35,993 nucleotides of DNA from Ottowia sp. (lineage in GTDB: Bacteria; Pseudomonadota; Gammaproteobacteria; Burkholderiales; Burkholderiaceae_C): positions 1 through 35,993 of the forward strand of contig JAGOVZ010000003.1 in assembly GCA_018060485.1 (NCBI GenBank), in the 5' to 3' direction. Shown piece after piece: positions 7,388 to 15,644 of the stretch (position 1 is the stretch's first letter; each line of letters opens with the position of its first letter). Under the pieces are notes generated by a model, which ran no database searches, was not told the origin of the DNA, and worked only from the letters and a program-made list of their open reading frames with translations. The position numbers and the translations under genes were made by a program.

Positions 7388-8227
7388 ATGGCTTTGTCCC
7401 AGCGCGTGCCCCAAGTTCAGGATTTATTGCTGCATCTTCGGCAGGCCCCGGCGCTGCTGGTCAGCGTCACGCGCACCGCCGGCTCGGTGCCGCGCGAGGC
7501 GGGCGCTTGGCTGGCCGTGTGTGGCGATGCGGTCATCGGCACGATTGGCGGCGGCCAACTGGAGCATCAGGCCATTGCGCATGCGCGCGGCCTGTTGGCC
7601 GGCTTGGTAACCGCAGCGCACGAAACACGGCGCTACCCGCTGGGCCCCAGCCTGGGCCAATGCTGCGGCGGCGTGGTGGAACTGCAGTACGAGCACGTAT
7701 CTGCTATTGATATGGAAGCGCTCCACGCACGTCTGTCAAGCGCCACAGGCCATTTGGCCTTGTTTGGCGGTGGTCACGTCGGGCGCGCGATCGTGCGCCT
7801 GCTGGCCGACTTGCCGTTCTCGGTGCGCTGGATCGACAGCCGCGACGAGGTGTTTCCACCCGACGTGCCAGCCAATGTGCAGTGCGAGCATTCCGACCCC
7901 GTGCAGGTGGCCGTGGCCGATCTGCCGGCGAATAGCGCCATCCTCATCATGAGCTTCAGCCACGCGGAGGATCTGGACATCGTGGCCGCCGCGCTGACCC
8001 GCCAGCGTGCGCGCGGCGATGTGCGCTATATCGGCCTCATCGGCAGCAAGACCAAGTGGGCCACGTTTCGGCATCGGCTTTCAGTGCGCGGCTTCAGCGA
8101 TGCCGAGTTGCAACAGGTGATTTGCCCCATCGGCTTGCCCGCCATCCGCGGCAAGCGGCCGGCGGTGATCGCGGTGGCGGTGGTGGCGCAACTGCTGGCG
8201 CTGGGCCTGGCTGAGCCGGCGGCCTGA
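7388..8227 (+). CDS. xdhC: Xanthine dehydrogenase accessory protein XdhC
   Basis: GSVPREAGA, GTIGGGQLE, LGPSLGQCCGG, LFGGGHVG, MSFSHAED, YIGLIGSKTK, CPIG motifs. Start probably ATG 7388. Confidence 0.93.
   Translation: MALSQRVPQVQDLLLHLRQAPALLVSVTRTAGSVPREAGAWLAVCGDAVIGTIGGGQLEHQAIAHARGLLAGLVTAAHETRRYPLGPSLGQCCGGVVELQYEHVSAIDMEALHARLSSATGHLALFGGGHVGRAIVRLLADLPFSVRWIDSRDEVFPPDVPANVQCEHSDPVQVAVADLPANSAILIMSFSHAEDLDIVAAALTRQRARGDVRYIGLIGSKTKWATFRHRLSVRGFSDAELQQVICPIGLPAIRGKRPAVIAVAVVAQLLALGLAEPAA
7703..7757 (+). repeat. Dispersed element, copy 4 (in-frame inside xdhC)
   Basis: GCTATTGATATGGAAGC-GCTCC-ACGCACG-TCTGT-CAAGCGC-CACAGGCCATTTGG; encodes AIDMEALHARLSSATGHL. Confidence 0.78.
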
Positions 8228-8232
8228 AACGA

Positions 8233-8256
8233 CAACGGCGCCCGAAGGCGCCGTTG
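8233..8256. terminator. Strong hairpin between convergent xdhC and small ORF
   Basis: CAACGGCGCC-CGAA-GGCGCCGTTG perfect 10-bp stem. Confidence 0.65.
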
Positions 8257-8290
8257 GTGGATACAGGTCAGGGCGCTGGGCCCCGTCTGC

Positions 8291-8449
8291 TCAACCCTGG
8301 TGCGGACGCTTGCCGGGGTTTTTCTTGCTGCGCGTGTGCGAGCCGCGCTCCTGGCTCCTGCGCTGGCCCCCGCCTTGCTTCGCGACGGTGGCGCCAGGCA
8401 GCGGCGCGGTGGCCTTGCGGGAGGCTTCGGTGACGATCTTGTTGCCCAT
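8291..8449 (-). CDS. Small basic hypothetical protein (52 aa)
   Basis: AAAAGGA RBS upstream of ATG 8449; MGNKIVTEASRKATAPLPGATVAKQGGGQRRSQERGSHTRSKKNPGKRPHQG; host-like codons; hairpin downstream. Confidence 0.65.
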   Translation of the reverse strand: MGNKIVTEASRKATAPLPGATVAKQGGGQRRSQERGSHTRSKKNPGKRPHQG

Positions 8450-8579
8450 GGTGCGATCCTTTTGGTTCGAAAGAGTTTGTTGCGAGGAAACCGCGTATTT
8501 TCGCCGATTTGCGATCGAGTGGGCGGCGTGGCGTTTCCGCGCACCACGTCGGGCGCATCCCACTGGCGTTGATGTGCCA

Positions 8580-8595
8580 TTTTGTATACACTTTT
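8580..8595. promoter_or_regulatory. Candidate GntR operator upstream of puuD (TGTATACA 8583-8590)
   Basis: Same palindrome as at 6299, flanked by T-tracts (TTTTGTATACACTTTT). Confidence 0.65.
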
Positions 8596-8739
8596 CCTGA
8601 TCGCAGCGGTGCCGAAGCGCTGGCGATGGCAATCAACACTGCCGCGCCCGCCAGATGCGTGATCGCCCTTGAACGGCTTGCAGCGCCCGCGGTGGCGAGC
8701 CTTTGTAGAGTAATTCCATTGCTCTGAAGGATCACGTTC

Positions 8740-9957
8740 ATGGAAGCCTATCTGCTCGACTGGGCCAACCTGCTGCTGCGCTGGCTGCACGTCATCGTCG
8801 CCATTGCCTGGATCGGCTCGTCGTTCTACTTCGTCTTTCTCGACAACAACCTGCTGGCGCCCACCGCCGACGACCTGAAGAAAAAGGGCGTCAACGGCGC
8901 CATGTGGGCGGTGCACGGCGGCGGTTTCTACAACCCGCAAAAGTACATGGTGGCGCCGCAGGGCGGCATCATCGATTCCAAGCTGCACTGGTTTTATTGG
9001 GAAAGCTACAGCACTTGGCTGTCGGGCTTTGCACTGTTTTGCGTGTTGTATCTGTGGAACGCCAGCGCCTTCCTGGTCGACAAACAGTTGCTTGACTGGT
9101 CGCCAGTGGCGGCCGGAGTGGCGGCGGTCGGCTTCATGGTGGCGTTCTGGTTCATCTACGACGCCATCTGCCGCGTGTTCGGCTTTCGCCCGAACGGCGA
9201 GCGCATCGTGGCGGCGCTGCTGATCGTGGTGGTGGCGCTGGCGACCTGGCTGGCGTGCCATTTGTTCTCGGGCCGCGCAGCCTTCCTGATCATTGGCGCC
9301 ATGCTGGCGACCTCGATGAGCGCCAACGTGTTCTTCTGGATCATTCCCGGCCAGCGCAAGGTGGTGGCCGCCATGACCTCGGGCCAGCCCTACGACGCCG
9401 ATGCGCTGGCCATCCACGGCAAGCGTGGCAAGCAGCGCAGCGTGCACAACACGTATTTCACATTGCCTGTGCTGATCGCCATGCTCAGCAACCACTACAG
9501 CTTTCTCTACAGCCACCCGCAGCGCTGGCTGGTGCTGGTGCTGATGATGCTGGCCGGCGCGCTGATCCGCCAGTTCTTCGTGCAGCGCCATGGCTGGCGC
9601 CATGGCCGCGCCAGCAACCCGTGGCCGTTTGCGGCAGCGGGCGTGGTGATTTTGCTGGGCGTCATCGCCTGGATGCGGCCGGCGCCTGCACCGGCCGCCG
9701 CCGCCGCGCCGGCCGCGGTCGACTACGCGCAACTCAAGCCCATTCTGGAGCAGCGCTGCTACTCATGCCATGGCGAGGCCGTGCAGATGAAGAATCTGCG
9801 CCTGGATTCCCCTGAGTCGGTGAAATCGCACGCGCAGCAGATCTACCAGCAGGTGGTGGTCACCAAGATCATGCCCTTGTCCAACGCGACGCAGATGACG
9901 GATACAGAGCGCCACATGGTCGCGCGCTGGTTCGAAGGGCAGGGCAGCCGACCCTGA
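8740..9957 (+). CDS. puuD: Urate hydroxylase PuuD (membrane domain plus cytochrome c)
   Basis: RWLHVIVAIAWIGSSFYF, WAVHGGGFY, LHWFYWESYSTWLSG, RSVHNTYFTLP; C-terminal heme motif CYSCH. Confidence 0.93.
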   Translation: MEAYLLDWANLLLRWLHVIVAIAWIGSSFYFVFLDNNLLAPTADDLKKKGVNGAMWAVHGGGFYNPQKYMVAPQGGIIDSKLHWFYWESYSTWLSGFALFCVLYLWNASAFLVDKQLLDWSPVAAGVAAVGFMVAFWFIYDAICRVFGFRPNGERIVAALLIVVVALATWLACHLFSGRAAFLIIGAMLATSMSANVFFWIIPGQRKVVAAMTSGQPYDADALAIHGKRGKQRSVHNTYFTLPVLIAMLSNHYSFLYSHPQRWLVLVLMMLAGALIRQFFVQRHGWRHGRASNPWPFAAAGVVILLGVIAWMRPAPAPAAAAAPAAVDYAQLKPILEQRCYSCHGEAVQMKNLRLDSPESVKSHAQQIYQQVVVTKIMPLSNATQMTDTERHMVARWFEGQGSRP

Positions 9958-9959
9958 GG

Positions 9960-9985
9960 CAAAAAAGCCGGCGCTGGGCCGGCTT
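9960..9985 (-). terminator. Rho-independent terminator (U-tract on minus strand; possibly bidirectional)
   Basis: AAAAA-AAGCCGGC-GCTGG-GCCGGCTT on plus strand. Confidence 0.7.
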
Positions 9986-10005
9986 GTGATGCCATGAGAC
10001 GGTGG

Positions 10006-10596
10006 TCAGTGCAAGATGATGGGACCCAGCGAACTGCTGATCGTCTGACCCTGCCGCTGGCGACGTCGATCCGTCGCTGCGCTCGCAGCCTCCGGCGCGG
10101 GCAAGGCCAGGGGCGCTGCCAGCGCCACGCGGACGCAATCGCGAATGTGCTGCTCACCCAAATAGCGCAGCGCCGTATACCCCAGCACGCCCGACACCAC
10201 CTGGCCGGCCAGCGGCACGTAACGCGCAGCCTGCGCCGCCGTCAGCCGCACCCCGACCAGGCGTGCAAAACGGACCACCAGCGCCTTGGTCACGAGGCGA
10301 CCGGCAATCACCGAACCGATCATGGCGATCGCCTTTTGCATGCGCTCTTTCTCACGCGCATCCAGCTTGGCAATTTGGTGCGGCGCCAGGCCGAATTCCT
10401 CGTTGATCTTGGGCAGCAGCTGCGTCAGCATGGCCGCGTCCACCGCCCAATCCAGCCCCGGCAGCGGTACCGCACCGGCCACGCCAGCGACCATCGCGCG
10501 CTTGCGCAGCAATTGCCGGCTGCGCAACACCGCCTGCTCCAGCCGCGTGTGGCCTTGGGCCAATTCCAGTGCATCGGGTTTTGTAGGGCGCGCCAT
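10006..10596 (-). CDS. DUF697/YcjF-like hypothetical protein
   Basis: AGAVPLPGLDWAVD...INEEFGL and YVPLAGQVVSG pattern. Confidence 0.7.
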   Translation of the reverse strand: MARPTKPDALELAQGHTRLEQAVLRSRQLLRKRAMVAGVAGAVPLPGLDWAVDAAMLTQLLPKINEEFGLAPHQIAKLDAREKERMQKAIAMIGSVIAGRLVTKALVVRFARLVGVRLTAAQAARYVPLAGQVVSGVLGYTALRYLGEQHIRDCVRVALAAPLALPAPEAASAATDRRRQRQGQTISSSLGPIILH

Positions 10597-10641
10597 GTCG
10601 AAACTCCTCGCGTGGTCGGGTGATGCGCTGATCGCCGCCCC

Positions 10642-10890
10642 TTAACGCCGCTTGGTGACCAGACCGTACAGGAACAGCACGATGATGGCGCCGATGATCG
10701 ACGCGATCCAGCCGACGGGCGAGCCCGCCGGATACAGCCCCAGCACCGCGCCGCCGTAGCTCGCCAACAGCGCGCCGACGATGCCCAGAATCGTGGTCAT
10801 GATCAGTCCCATGCTCTGGTTGCCCGGCATGATGGCACGCGCGATCAGCCCCACAATGAAGCCGACGATGATGGTGACGATGAGGCCCAT
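10642..10890 (-). CDS. GlsB/YeaQ/YmgE-family small membrane protein
   Basis: IIVGFIVGLIARAIMPG...TTILGIVGA...SIIGAIIVLFLY; RBS GGAAGGAA before ATG 10890. Confidence 0.9.
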   Translation of the reverse strand: MGLIVTIIVGFIVGLIARAIMPGNQSMGLIMTTILGIVGALLASYGGAVLGLYPAGSPVGWIASIIGAIIVLFLYGLVTKRR

Positions 10891-11035
10891 GTTCAGTTCC
10901 TTCCCGGTTGGTTGCAAACACCAGGCACTTTAACGCCGCTTGCGCGTGATTCGGTGAGCTGCGGCGCAGGTTGCGGTGTTGGCCTACAGCAGAGAGAGCC
11001 TGCGGAATGCCCCAAGCCCGCGCGTCAAGCGCCGA

Positions 11036-11800
11036 CTAACGGCCGATGAGGAACACCGCAGGCGCCTTGGGCGTGACGGGCCAGCGCGCTTGCCGCCATT
11101 CGGCCACGCTGGCGCTGCGCGCGCCGTCGGCGTCTGGCAGCGTGAGACCGCTGGCCACGCAAAGGCGCAACTGGCCATCAAGCCCGGACAGAAGCGCTTC
11201 CAACAGCACCTGGTTGCGATAGGGCGTCTCGATCACGATGCGGGTCTGGCCGCTTTGTTGCACGGCGCGGCTGATTTGCTGGATTTGCGTTGTGCGGGCG
11301 ATGGCATCTTGCGGCAGATATCCGGTAAATGCGAAGTTCTGGCCGTTCAGGCCGCTGGCGGCCAAGGCCAGCAGAAGCGATACAGGTCCGGTCAGAGGCA
11401 ACACTTCGATGCCCAACTGATGCGCAGCGCGCACCACCGAGCTGCCCGGGTCGGCCACGGCCGGCATGCCGGCTTCGCTGATCAGGCCCACGTCTTGCCC
11501 TTGCAGCGCGGGCGCCAGCAGCGGCCGGGCGTCGAAGCGGGCGGCGCCGGCGTGGTCGCCCTTCTTGTGCACTTCGCGCGGCAACTCGGTGATTTGCTGC
11601 GCCTGAATCGGTTGCGCGAGGGGCGCCACGGCATCCACGCGTTTCAGAAAAGCGCGGGTGGATTTGGCGTTTTCGCTGATCCAGCAAGCGATGGCAGCTG
11701 CTTTTTTGATAGTGCCGAGCGGCAGCACGTCGTCCAGCGGCGTTTGCTCTGCGCAGCCGTGGTCGAGCGGCGTGGGCACCAAAAACAGGCGGCCTTTCAT
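11036..11800 (-). CDS. SAM-dependent methyltransferase, tetrapyrrole methylase/RsmI-like
   Basis: LFLVPTPL, ENAKSTRAFL, LISEAGMPAVADPG, GPVSLLLALAASG, IETPYRN motifs. Confidence 0.9.
   Translation of the reverse strand: MKGRLFLVPTPLDHGCAEQTPLDDVLPLGTIKKAAAIACWISENAKSTRAFLKRVDAVAPLAQPIQAQQITELPREVHKKGDHAGAARFDARPLLAPALQGQDVGLISEAGMPAVADPGSSVVRAAHQLGIEVLPLTGPVSLLLALAASGLNGQNFAFTGYLPQDAIARTTQIQQISRAVQQSGQTRIVIETPYRNQVLLEALLSGLDGQLRLCVASGLTLPDADGARSASVAEWRQARWPVTPKAPAVFLIGR
11657..11713 (-). repeat. Dispersed element, copy 5 (degenerate; in-frame inside methyltransferase)
   Basis: Minus strand: ACTATCAAAAAAGCAGC-TGCCA-TCGCTTG-CTGGA-TCAGCGA-AAACGCCAAAT; encodes TIKKAAAIACWISENAK. Confidence 0.65.
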
Positions 11801-12405
11801 GGCAGGCGCAGACCGGCGGCGCGCAGCAGGCGGGCGGTGCGGATCAGCGGCAAGCCGATCAGCGCGGTGGGGTCGTCGCTGAGGATGGCGTCGAGCAGCG
11901 CGATGCCCAGCCCCTCGCTTTTGGCGCTGCCGGCGCAGTCGTACGGCTGCTCGGCGCGCAGGTAGCGCTCGATCTCGTCGTCTTCCAGCGCGCGAAAACG
12001 CACTTCGACGGCGGCGAGATCGCTTTGTTTAAAGCCTGTCGCCTGGCACACCACCGACACGGCCGTTTGAAAAATCACCGTTTGGCCGCGCATGGCGCGC
12101 AACTGCGCCACCGCGCGTTCGTGGTTGCCCGGTTTGCCCAGCGGTTGGCCGGCTAAGTCGGCCACCTGATCGGAGCCGATCACGATCGCCTGCGGATGGC
12201 GACGGGCGACGTCGCGAGCCTTGGCCAAGGCCAGCCGCACAGCCAGATCACGCGGCGATTCGCCCTTTTGCGGCGTTTCGTCGACGCCCGGCGCTTCGGT
12301 GGTGAACGGCAGCCCGAGGCGCGTGAGCAACTCACGCCGGTAGCGCGAGGTCGAGCCCAGCACCAGCGCGCGCGCGCTGGCTGAGCCAGTGGAATCGGTC
12401 GTCAT
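11797..12405 (-). CDS. maf: Maf-family nucleotide pyrophosphatase (YceF-like)
   Basis: LGSTSRYRRELL, GSDQVA, LGKPG, CAGSAKSEGLG, DPTALIGLPL motifs; divergent from yceD. Confidence 0.93.
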   Translation of the reverse strand: MTTDSTGSASARALVLGSTSRYRRELLTRLGLPFTTEAPGVDETPQKGESPRDLAVRLALAKARDVARRHPQAIVIGSDQVADLAGQPLGKPGNHERAVAQLRAMRGQTVIFQTAVSVVCQATGFKQSDLAAVEVRFRALEDDEIERYLRAEQPYDCAGSAKSEGLGIALLDAILSDDPTALIGLPLIRTARLLRAAGLRLP

Positions 12406-12431
12406 GGCGCCGATTCTCTTACACTGCCCGC

Positions 12432-12983
12432 ATGAGCAAGACCTTCAAGGCGCAGCGCCTGGACGTGGCCGCGTTCGCCGACGCGAAGGCGGTATTGAGC
12501 GGCACCGAATCGCTTCAAAAATATGAGCGACTTGCGCAGGAGCTGCAAGCGCCAGCGCCCGATTTGACCTTGGATTGGCAAGCCACGGGCGGCGCGCGCA
12601 AGGCGGCCAACGGCAGCGTGTATCCATCGGTTCATCTGCAGGTCCAAGCCACGCTGCCGCTGACCTGCCAGCGCTGCATGGGCGAGGTGACGGAGGCGGT
12701 CGAGGTGGATCGGCATTTTCTGTTCGTGCCCGACGAAGCCACGGCCGCGGCGCTGGACGACGAGTCGGACGACGACGTGCTGGCCATCGCGCCCGATTTC
12801 AACCTGCAGGCGCTGATCGAGGATGAGGTGCTGATGGCGCTGCCGCTGGTACCGCGGCATGAGGTTTGCCCGGATCCAGTCCGCCTGGGCGCGCAAACCG
12901 ACGACTTTGACAGTGCGGGCGAGGCCAAGCGCCAACCGTTCGCGGCATTGGCGGCGCTGAAAAGCGAAAAAAAGAGCGGCTGA
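12432..12983 (+). CDS. yceD: YceD/DUF177 family protein
   Basis: CQRCM, LIEDEVLMALP..PRHEVC, C-terminal PFAALAALK; directly upstream of rpmF. Confidence 0.9.
   Translation: MSKTFKAQRLDVAAFADAKAVLSGTESLQKYERLAQELQAPAPDLTLDWQATGGARKAANGSVYPSVHLQVQATLPLTCQRCMGEVTEAVEVDRHFLFVPDEATAAALDDESDDDVLAIAPDFNLQALIEDEVLMALPLVPRHEVCPDPVRLGAQTDDFDSAGEAKRQPFAALAALKSEKKSG
12512..12568 (+). repeat. Dispersed element, copy 6 (in-frame inside yceD)
   Basis: GCTTCAAAAATATGAGC-GACTT-GCGCAGG-AGCTG-CAAGCGC-CAGCGCCCGATTTGAC; encodes LQKYERLAQELQAPAPDL. Confidence 0.8.
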
Positions 12984-13030
12984 AGCACCACTGGCGGCGC
13001 CTCAAGCTGGTGCGGGTGCCGCTTTCGGGC

Positions 13031-13036
13031 TATAAT
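13031..13036 (+). promoter_or_regulatory. Probable sigma70 -10 box for rpmF
   Basis: Perfect TATAAT in the yceD-rpmF intergenic region. Confidence 0.55.
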
Positions 13037-13147
13037 CATGGGCTTCGCGCGCCAAGCTTTCAACGAAAATCCTGAGCGCCCAAGTTCACCATTTGAATCG
13101 CGCCGGCCCGTGGCTGGCAGCCATTCGCCCAACTCCAAGGAGCCATC

Positions 13148-13330
13148 ATGGCTGTTCAGCAAAACAAGAAATCGCCGTCCAAGCGCGGCATGCACCGTTC
13201 GCACAATGGTCTGGCAACGCCCGGCATCGCCGTGGAGCCGACCACCGGCGAAACCCACCTGCGCCACCACATCAGCCCGAACGGCTTTTACCGTGGTCGT
13301 CAGGTCATCAAGTCCAAGACCGAAGCCTGA
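13148..13330 (+). CDS. rpmF: 50S ribosomal protein L32
   Basis: [19 protein letters not shown]...[17 protein letters not shown]; AAGGAG RBS. Confidence 0.98.
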   Translation: MAVQQNKKSPSKRGMHRSHNGLATPGIAVEPTTGETHLRHHISPNGFYRGRQVIKSKTEA

Positions 13331-13398
13331 TTGATGCGGCGGGCGGCGTGGGCCAACGGCCCGCATGGGCCGCCTGCCACGCCGATTTATGATGGCCG

Positions 13399-13432
13399 GG
13401 CCCGGCGCTACGCCTCGTAGCCTCGGGCCTTT
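13399..13432 (+). terminator. Hairpin/partial terminator between rpmF and plsX
   Basis: GGCCCG-GC-GCTACG-CCT-CGTAGC-CT-CGGGCC followed by TTT. Confidence 0.5.
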
Positions 13433-13501
13433 GGCATTTTCAGTGGCCTTGTTTTTCGCCGCGCCAGTGCTTGTGCGCGGTTTTTGCCTGGGGCTTCTTG
13501 C

Positions 13502-14554
13502 ATGATTGTTCTGGCGGTTGACTGCATGGGGGGTGACCACGGCCCCAAGGTCACCTTGCCCGCCTGCCGGCAGTTTCTGGATGCTCGGCCGGACGCGCAA
13601 CTGATGCTCGTCGGCCAGGCCGAGGCGCTGGCGGGCTTTGCGCACGAGCGCGCCCGCGTGGTGCCCGCGACCGAGGTCGTGACCATGGACGACGCCGTTG
13701 AAATCGCGCTGCGCAAGAAAAAGGATTCGTCCATGCGCGTGGCGATCCAGCAGGTGAAAGACGGCGCGGCGCAGGCGGCGGTGTCGGCCGGAAACACCGG
13801 CGCGCTGATGGCGATTGCGCGCTACCTGCTGAAGACGCTGGACGGCATCGAGCGCCCGGCCATTGCCACGCAAATCCCCAACGCCCAGGGCGGTGCCACC
13901 ACGGTGCTTGACTTGGGCGCCAACGTCGATTGCACGGCCGAGCATCTGCTGCAGTTCGCCGTCATGGGCTCGGCCCTGGTGTCGGTGCTTAAGAACGACC
14001 CGCAGCCGACGGTCGGCCTGCTCAACATCGGCGAAGAAGCGATCAAGGGCAGCGACGAAATCAAGCGTGCGGGCGAGTTGCTGCGCGCCGCCGCGCAGGC
14101 CGGCGACCTGAACTTCGTCGGCAACGTCGAGGGCAACGACATTTTCAAAGGCACGTCGGACCTGGTGGTGTGCGACGGCTTTGTCGGCAACGTGCTGCTC
14201 AAGACCAGCGAGGGCTTGGCGACGATGATCGGCCAATTCTTGCGCGAAGAGTTCTCACGCAACATCCTGACCAAATTGGCCGCCATCGTCTCGTATCCGG
14301 TTTTAAAAGCGCTTAAAAAACGCATGGACCATCGCCGCTACAACGGCGCGGCGCTGCTGGGCCTGCGCGGCCTGGTGTTCAAAAGCCACGGTTCGGCCGA
14401 TGTGATGGCCTTCGAGCAGGCGCTGGCGCGCGCGTATGATGCCGCCACCCACCAGCTGCTGGATCGGCTGCAAAGCCGCATCGCCCACGCCGCGCCCTTG
14501 CTGGCATCGCCGGCGGCGCAGCGCCTGGATGCGGCGGCCACGCCGGCAGGCTGA
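13502..14554 (+). CDS. plsX: Phosphate acyltransferase PlsX
   Basis: [55 protein letters not shown]. Confidence 0.96.
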   Translation: MIVLAVDCMGGDHGPKVTLPACRQFLDARPDAQLMLVGQAEALAGFAHERARVVPATEVVTMDDAVEIALRKKKDSSMRVAIQQVKDGAAQAAVSAGNTGALMAIARYLLKTLDGIERPAIATQIPNAQGGATTVLDLGANVDCTAEHLLQFAVMGSALVSVLKNDPQPTVGLLNIGEEAIKGSDEIKRAGELLRAAAQAGDLNFVGNVEGNDIFKGTSDLVVCDGFVGNVLLKTSEGLATMIGQFLREEFSRNILTKLAAIVSYPVLKALKKRMDHRRYNGAALLGLRGLVFKSHGSADVMAFEQALARAYDAATHQLLDRLQSRIAHAAPLLASPAAQRLDAAATPAG

Positions 14555-14602
14555 AGGCGCCTAAGCGGCACGGCCGCAGGCGCGATCAAACCAAGAGACT
14601 TC

Positions 14603-15583
14603 ATGACCAGACGCTATTCCCGCATCACCGGCACCGGCAGCTACCTGCCGCCGCGCCGCGTGACCAACGACGATCTGGTGACTGAGCTGGGGGCGCGCGG
14701 CATCGAGACGTCCGACCAATGGATCGTCGAGCGCACCGGCATCCGCGCGCGCCACTTTGCCGAGCCCGACGTGCCGGCCAGCGACCTGGCGGTGCCGGCG
14801 GCGCAGGCGGCGCTGCAGGCGGCGGGCCTGCAGGCGGCCGACATCGACCTCATCATCGTCGCCACGTCCACGCCGGACATGGTGTTTCCGTCGACCGCCG
14901 CCATCGTGCAGCACAAGCTCGGCATCGCCGGTTGCCCGGTGTTCGACGTGCAGGCGGTGTGCAGCGGCTTTGTCTATGCGTTGACGGTGGCCGACGCGCT
15001 GATCACCAACGGCACGGCGACCAAGGCGCTGGTGATCGGCGCCGAGGTGTTCAGCCGCATTCTTGATTTCAACGACCGCACCACCTGCGTGCTGTTTGGC
15101 GATGGCGCCGGCGCCGTAGTGCTGGAGGCGTCGGACACGCCGGGCATTCTGGCGACCGACCTGCACGCCGATGGCAAGCACGTCGGCATTCTGTGCGTGC
15201 CGGGCACGGTGGCCGGCGGCCAGGTGCTGGGCGATCCGCTGCTCAAGATGGATGGTCAGGCCGTGTTCAAGCTCGCCGTGGGCGTGCTCGACAAGGCCGC
15301 GCGTGCCGTGCTGGCCAAGGCCGGCAAGAGCGAGGCCGACATCGACTGGCTGATTCCGCACCAGGCCAACATCCGCATCATGCAGAGCACGGCGAAAAAG
15401 CTGCATTTGCCGCAGGAGAAAGTGGTGGTGACGGTGCACGAGCACGGCAACACCTCGGCGGCGTCGATTCCGCTGGCGCTCGACCACGGCGTGCGCGCGG
15501 GCCAGGTCAAGCCGGGGCAGACGGTGCTGCTCGAAGGCGTGGGCGGTGGCTTCACGTGGGGTGCCGTGCTTCTGGTTTTATAG
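14603..15583 (+). CDS. fabH: Beta-ketoacyl-ACP synthase III
   Basis: [30 protein letters not shown] (C-H-N triad). Confidence 0.97.
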   Translation: MTRRYSRITGTGSYLPPRRVTNDDLVTELGARGIETSDQWIVERTGIRARHFAEPDVPASDLAVPAAQAALQAAGLQAADIDLIIVATSTPDMVFPSTAAIVQHKLGIAGCPVFDVQAVCSGFVYALTVADALITNGTATKALVIGAEVFSRILDFNDRTTCVLFGDGAGAVVLEASDTPGILATDLHADGKHVGILCVPGTVAGGQVLGDPLLKMDGQAVFKLAVGVLDKAARAVLAKAGKSEADIDWLIPHQANIRIMQSTAKKLHLPQEKVVVTVHEHGNTSAASIPLALDHGVRAGQVKPGQTVLLEGVGGGFTWGAVLLVL

Positions 15584-15624
15584 CTGCTTGCGCTTGACTG
15601 GCAAGCGCTGGAGCCGTTTTTCAT
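15568..15624 (+). repeat. Dispersed element, copy 7 (encodes last codons and TAG stop of fabH)
   Basis: GCTTCTGGTTTTATAGC-TGCTT-GCGCTTG-ACTGG-CAAGCGC-TGGAGCCGTTTTT. Confidence 0.92.
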
Positions 15625-15644
15625 TCATATTTGCGGGCTGAATC

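Noticed and set aside
14291-14325. AT-rich patch in plsX (GGTTTTAAAAGCGCTTAAAAAA) as another element copy
   Set aside because: Lacks the second palindrome and tail at the fixed spacing.
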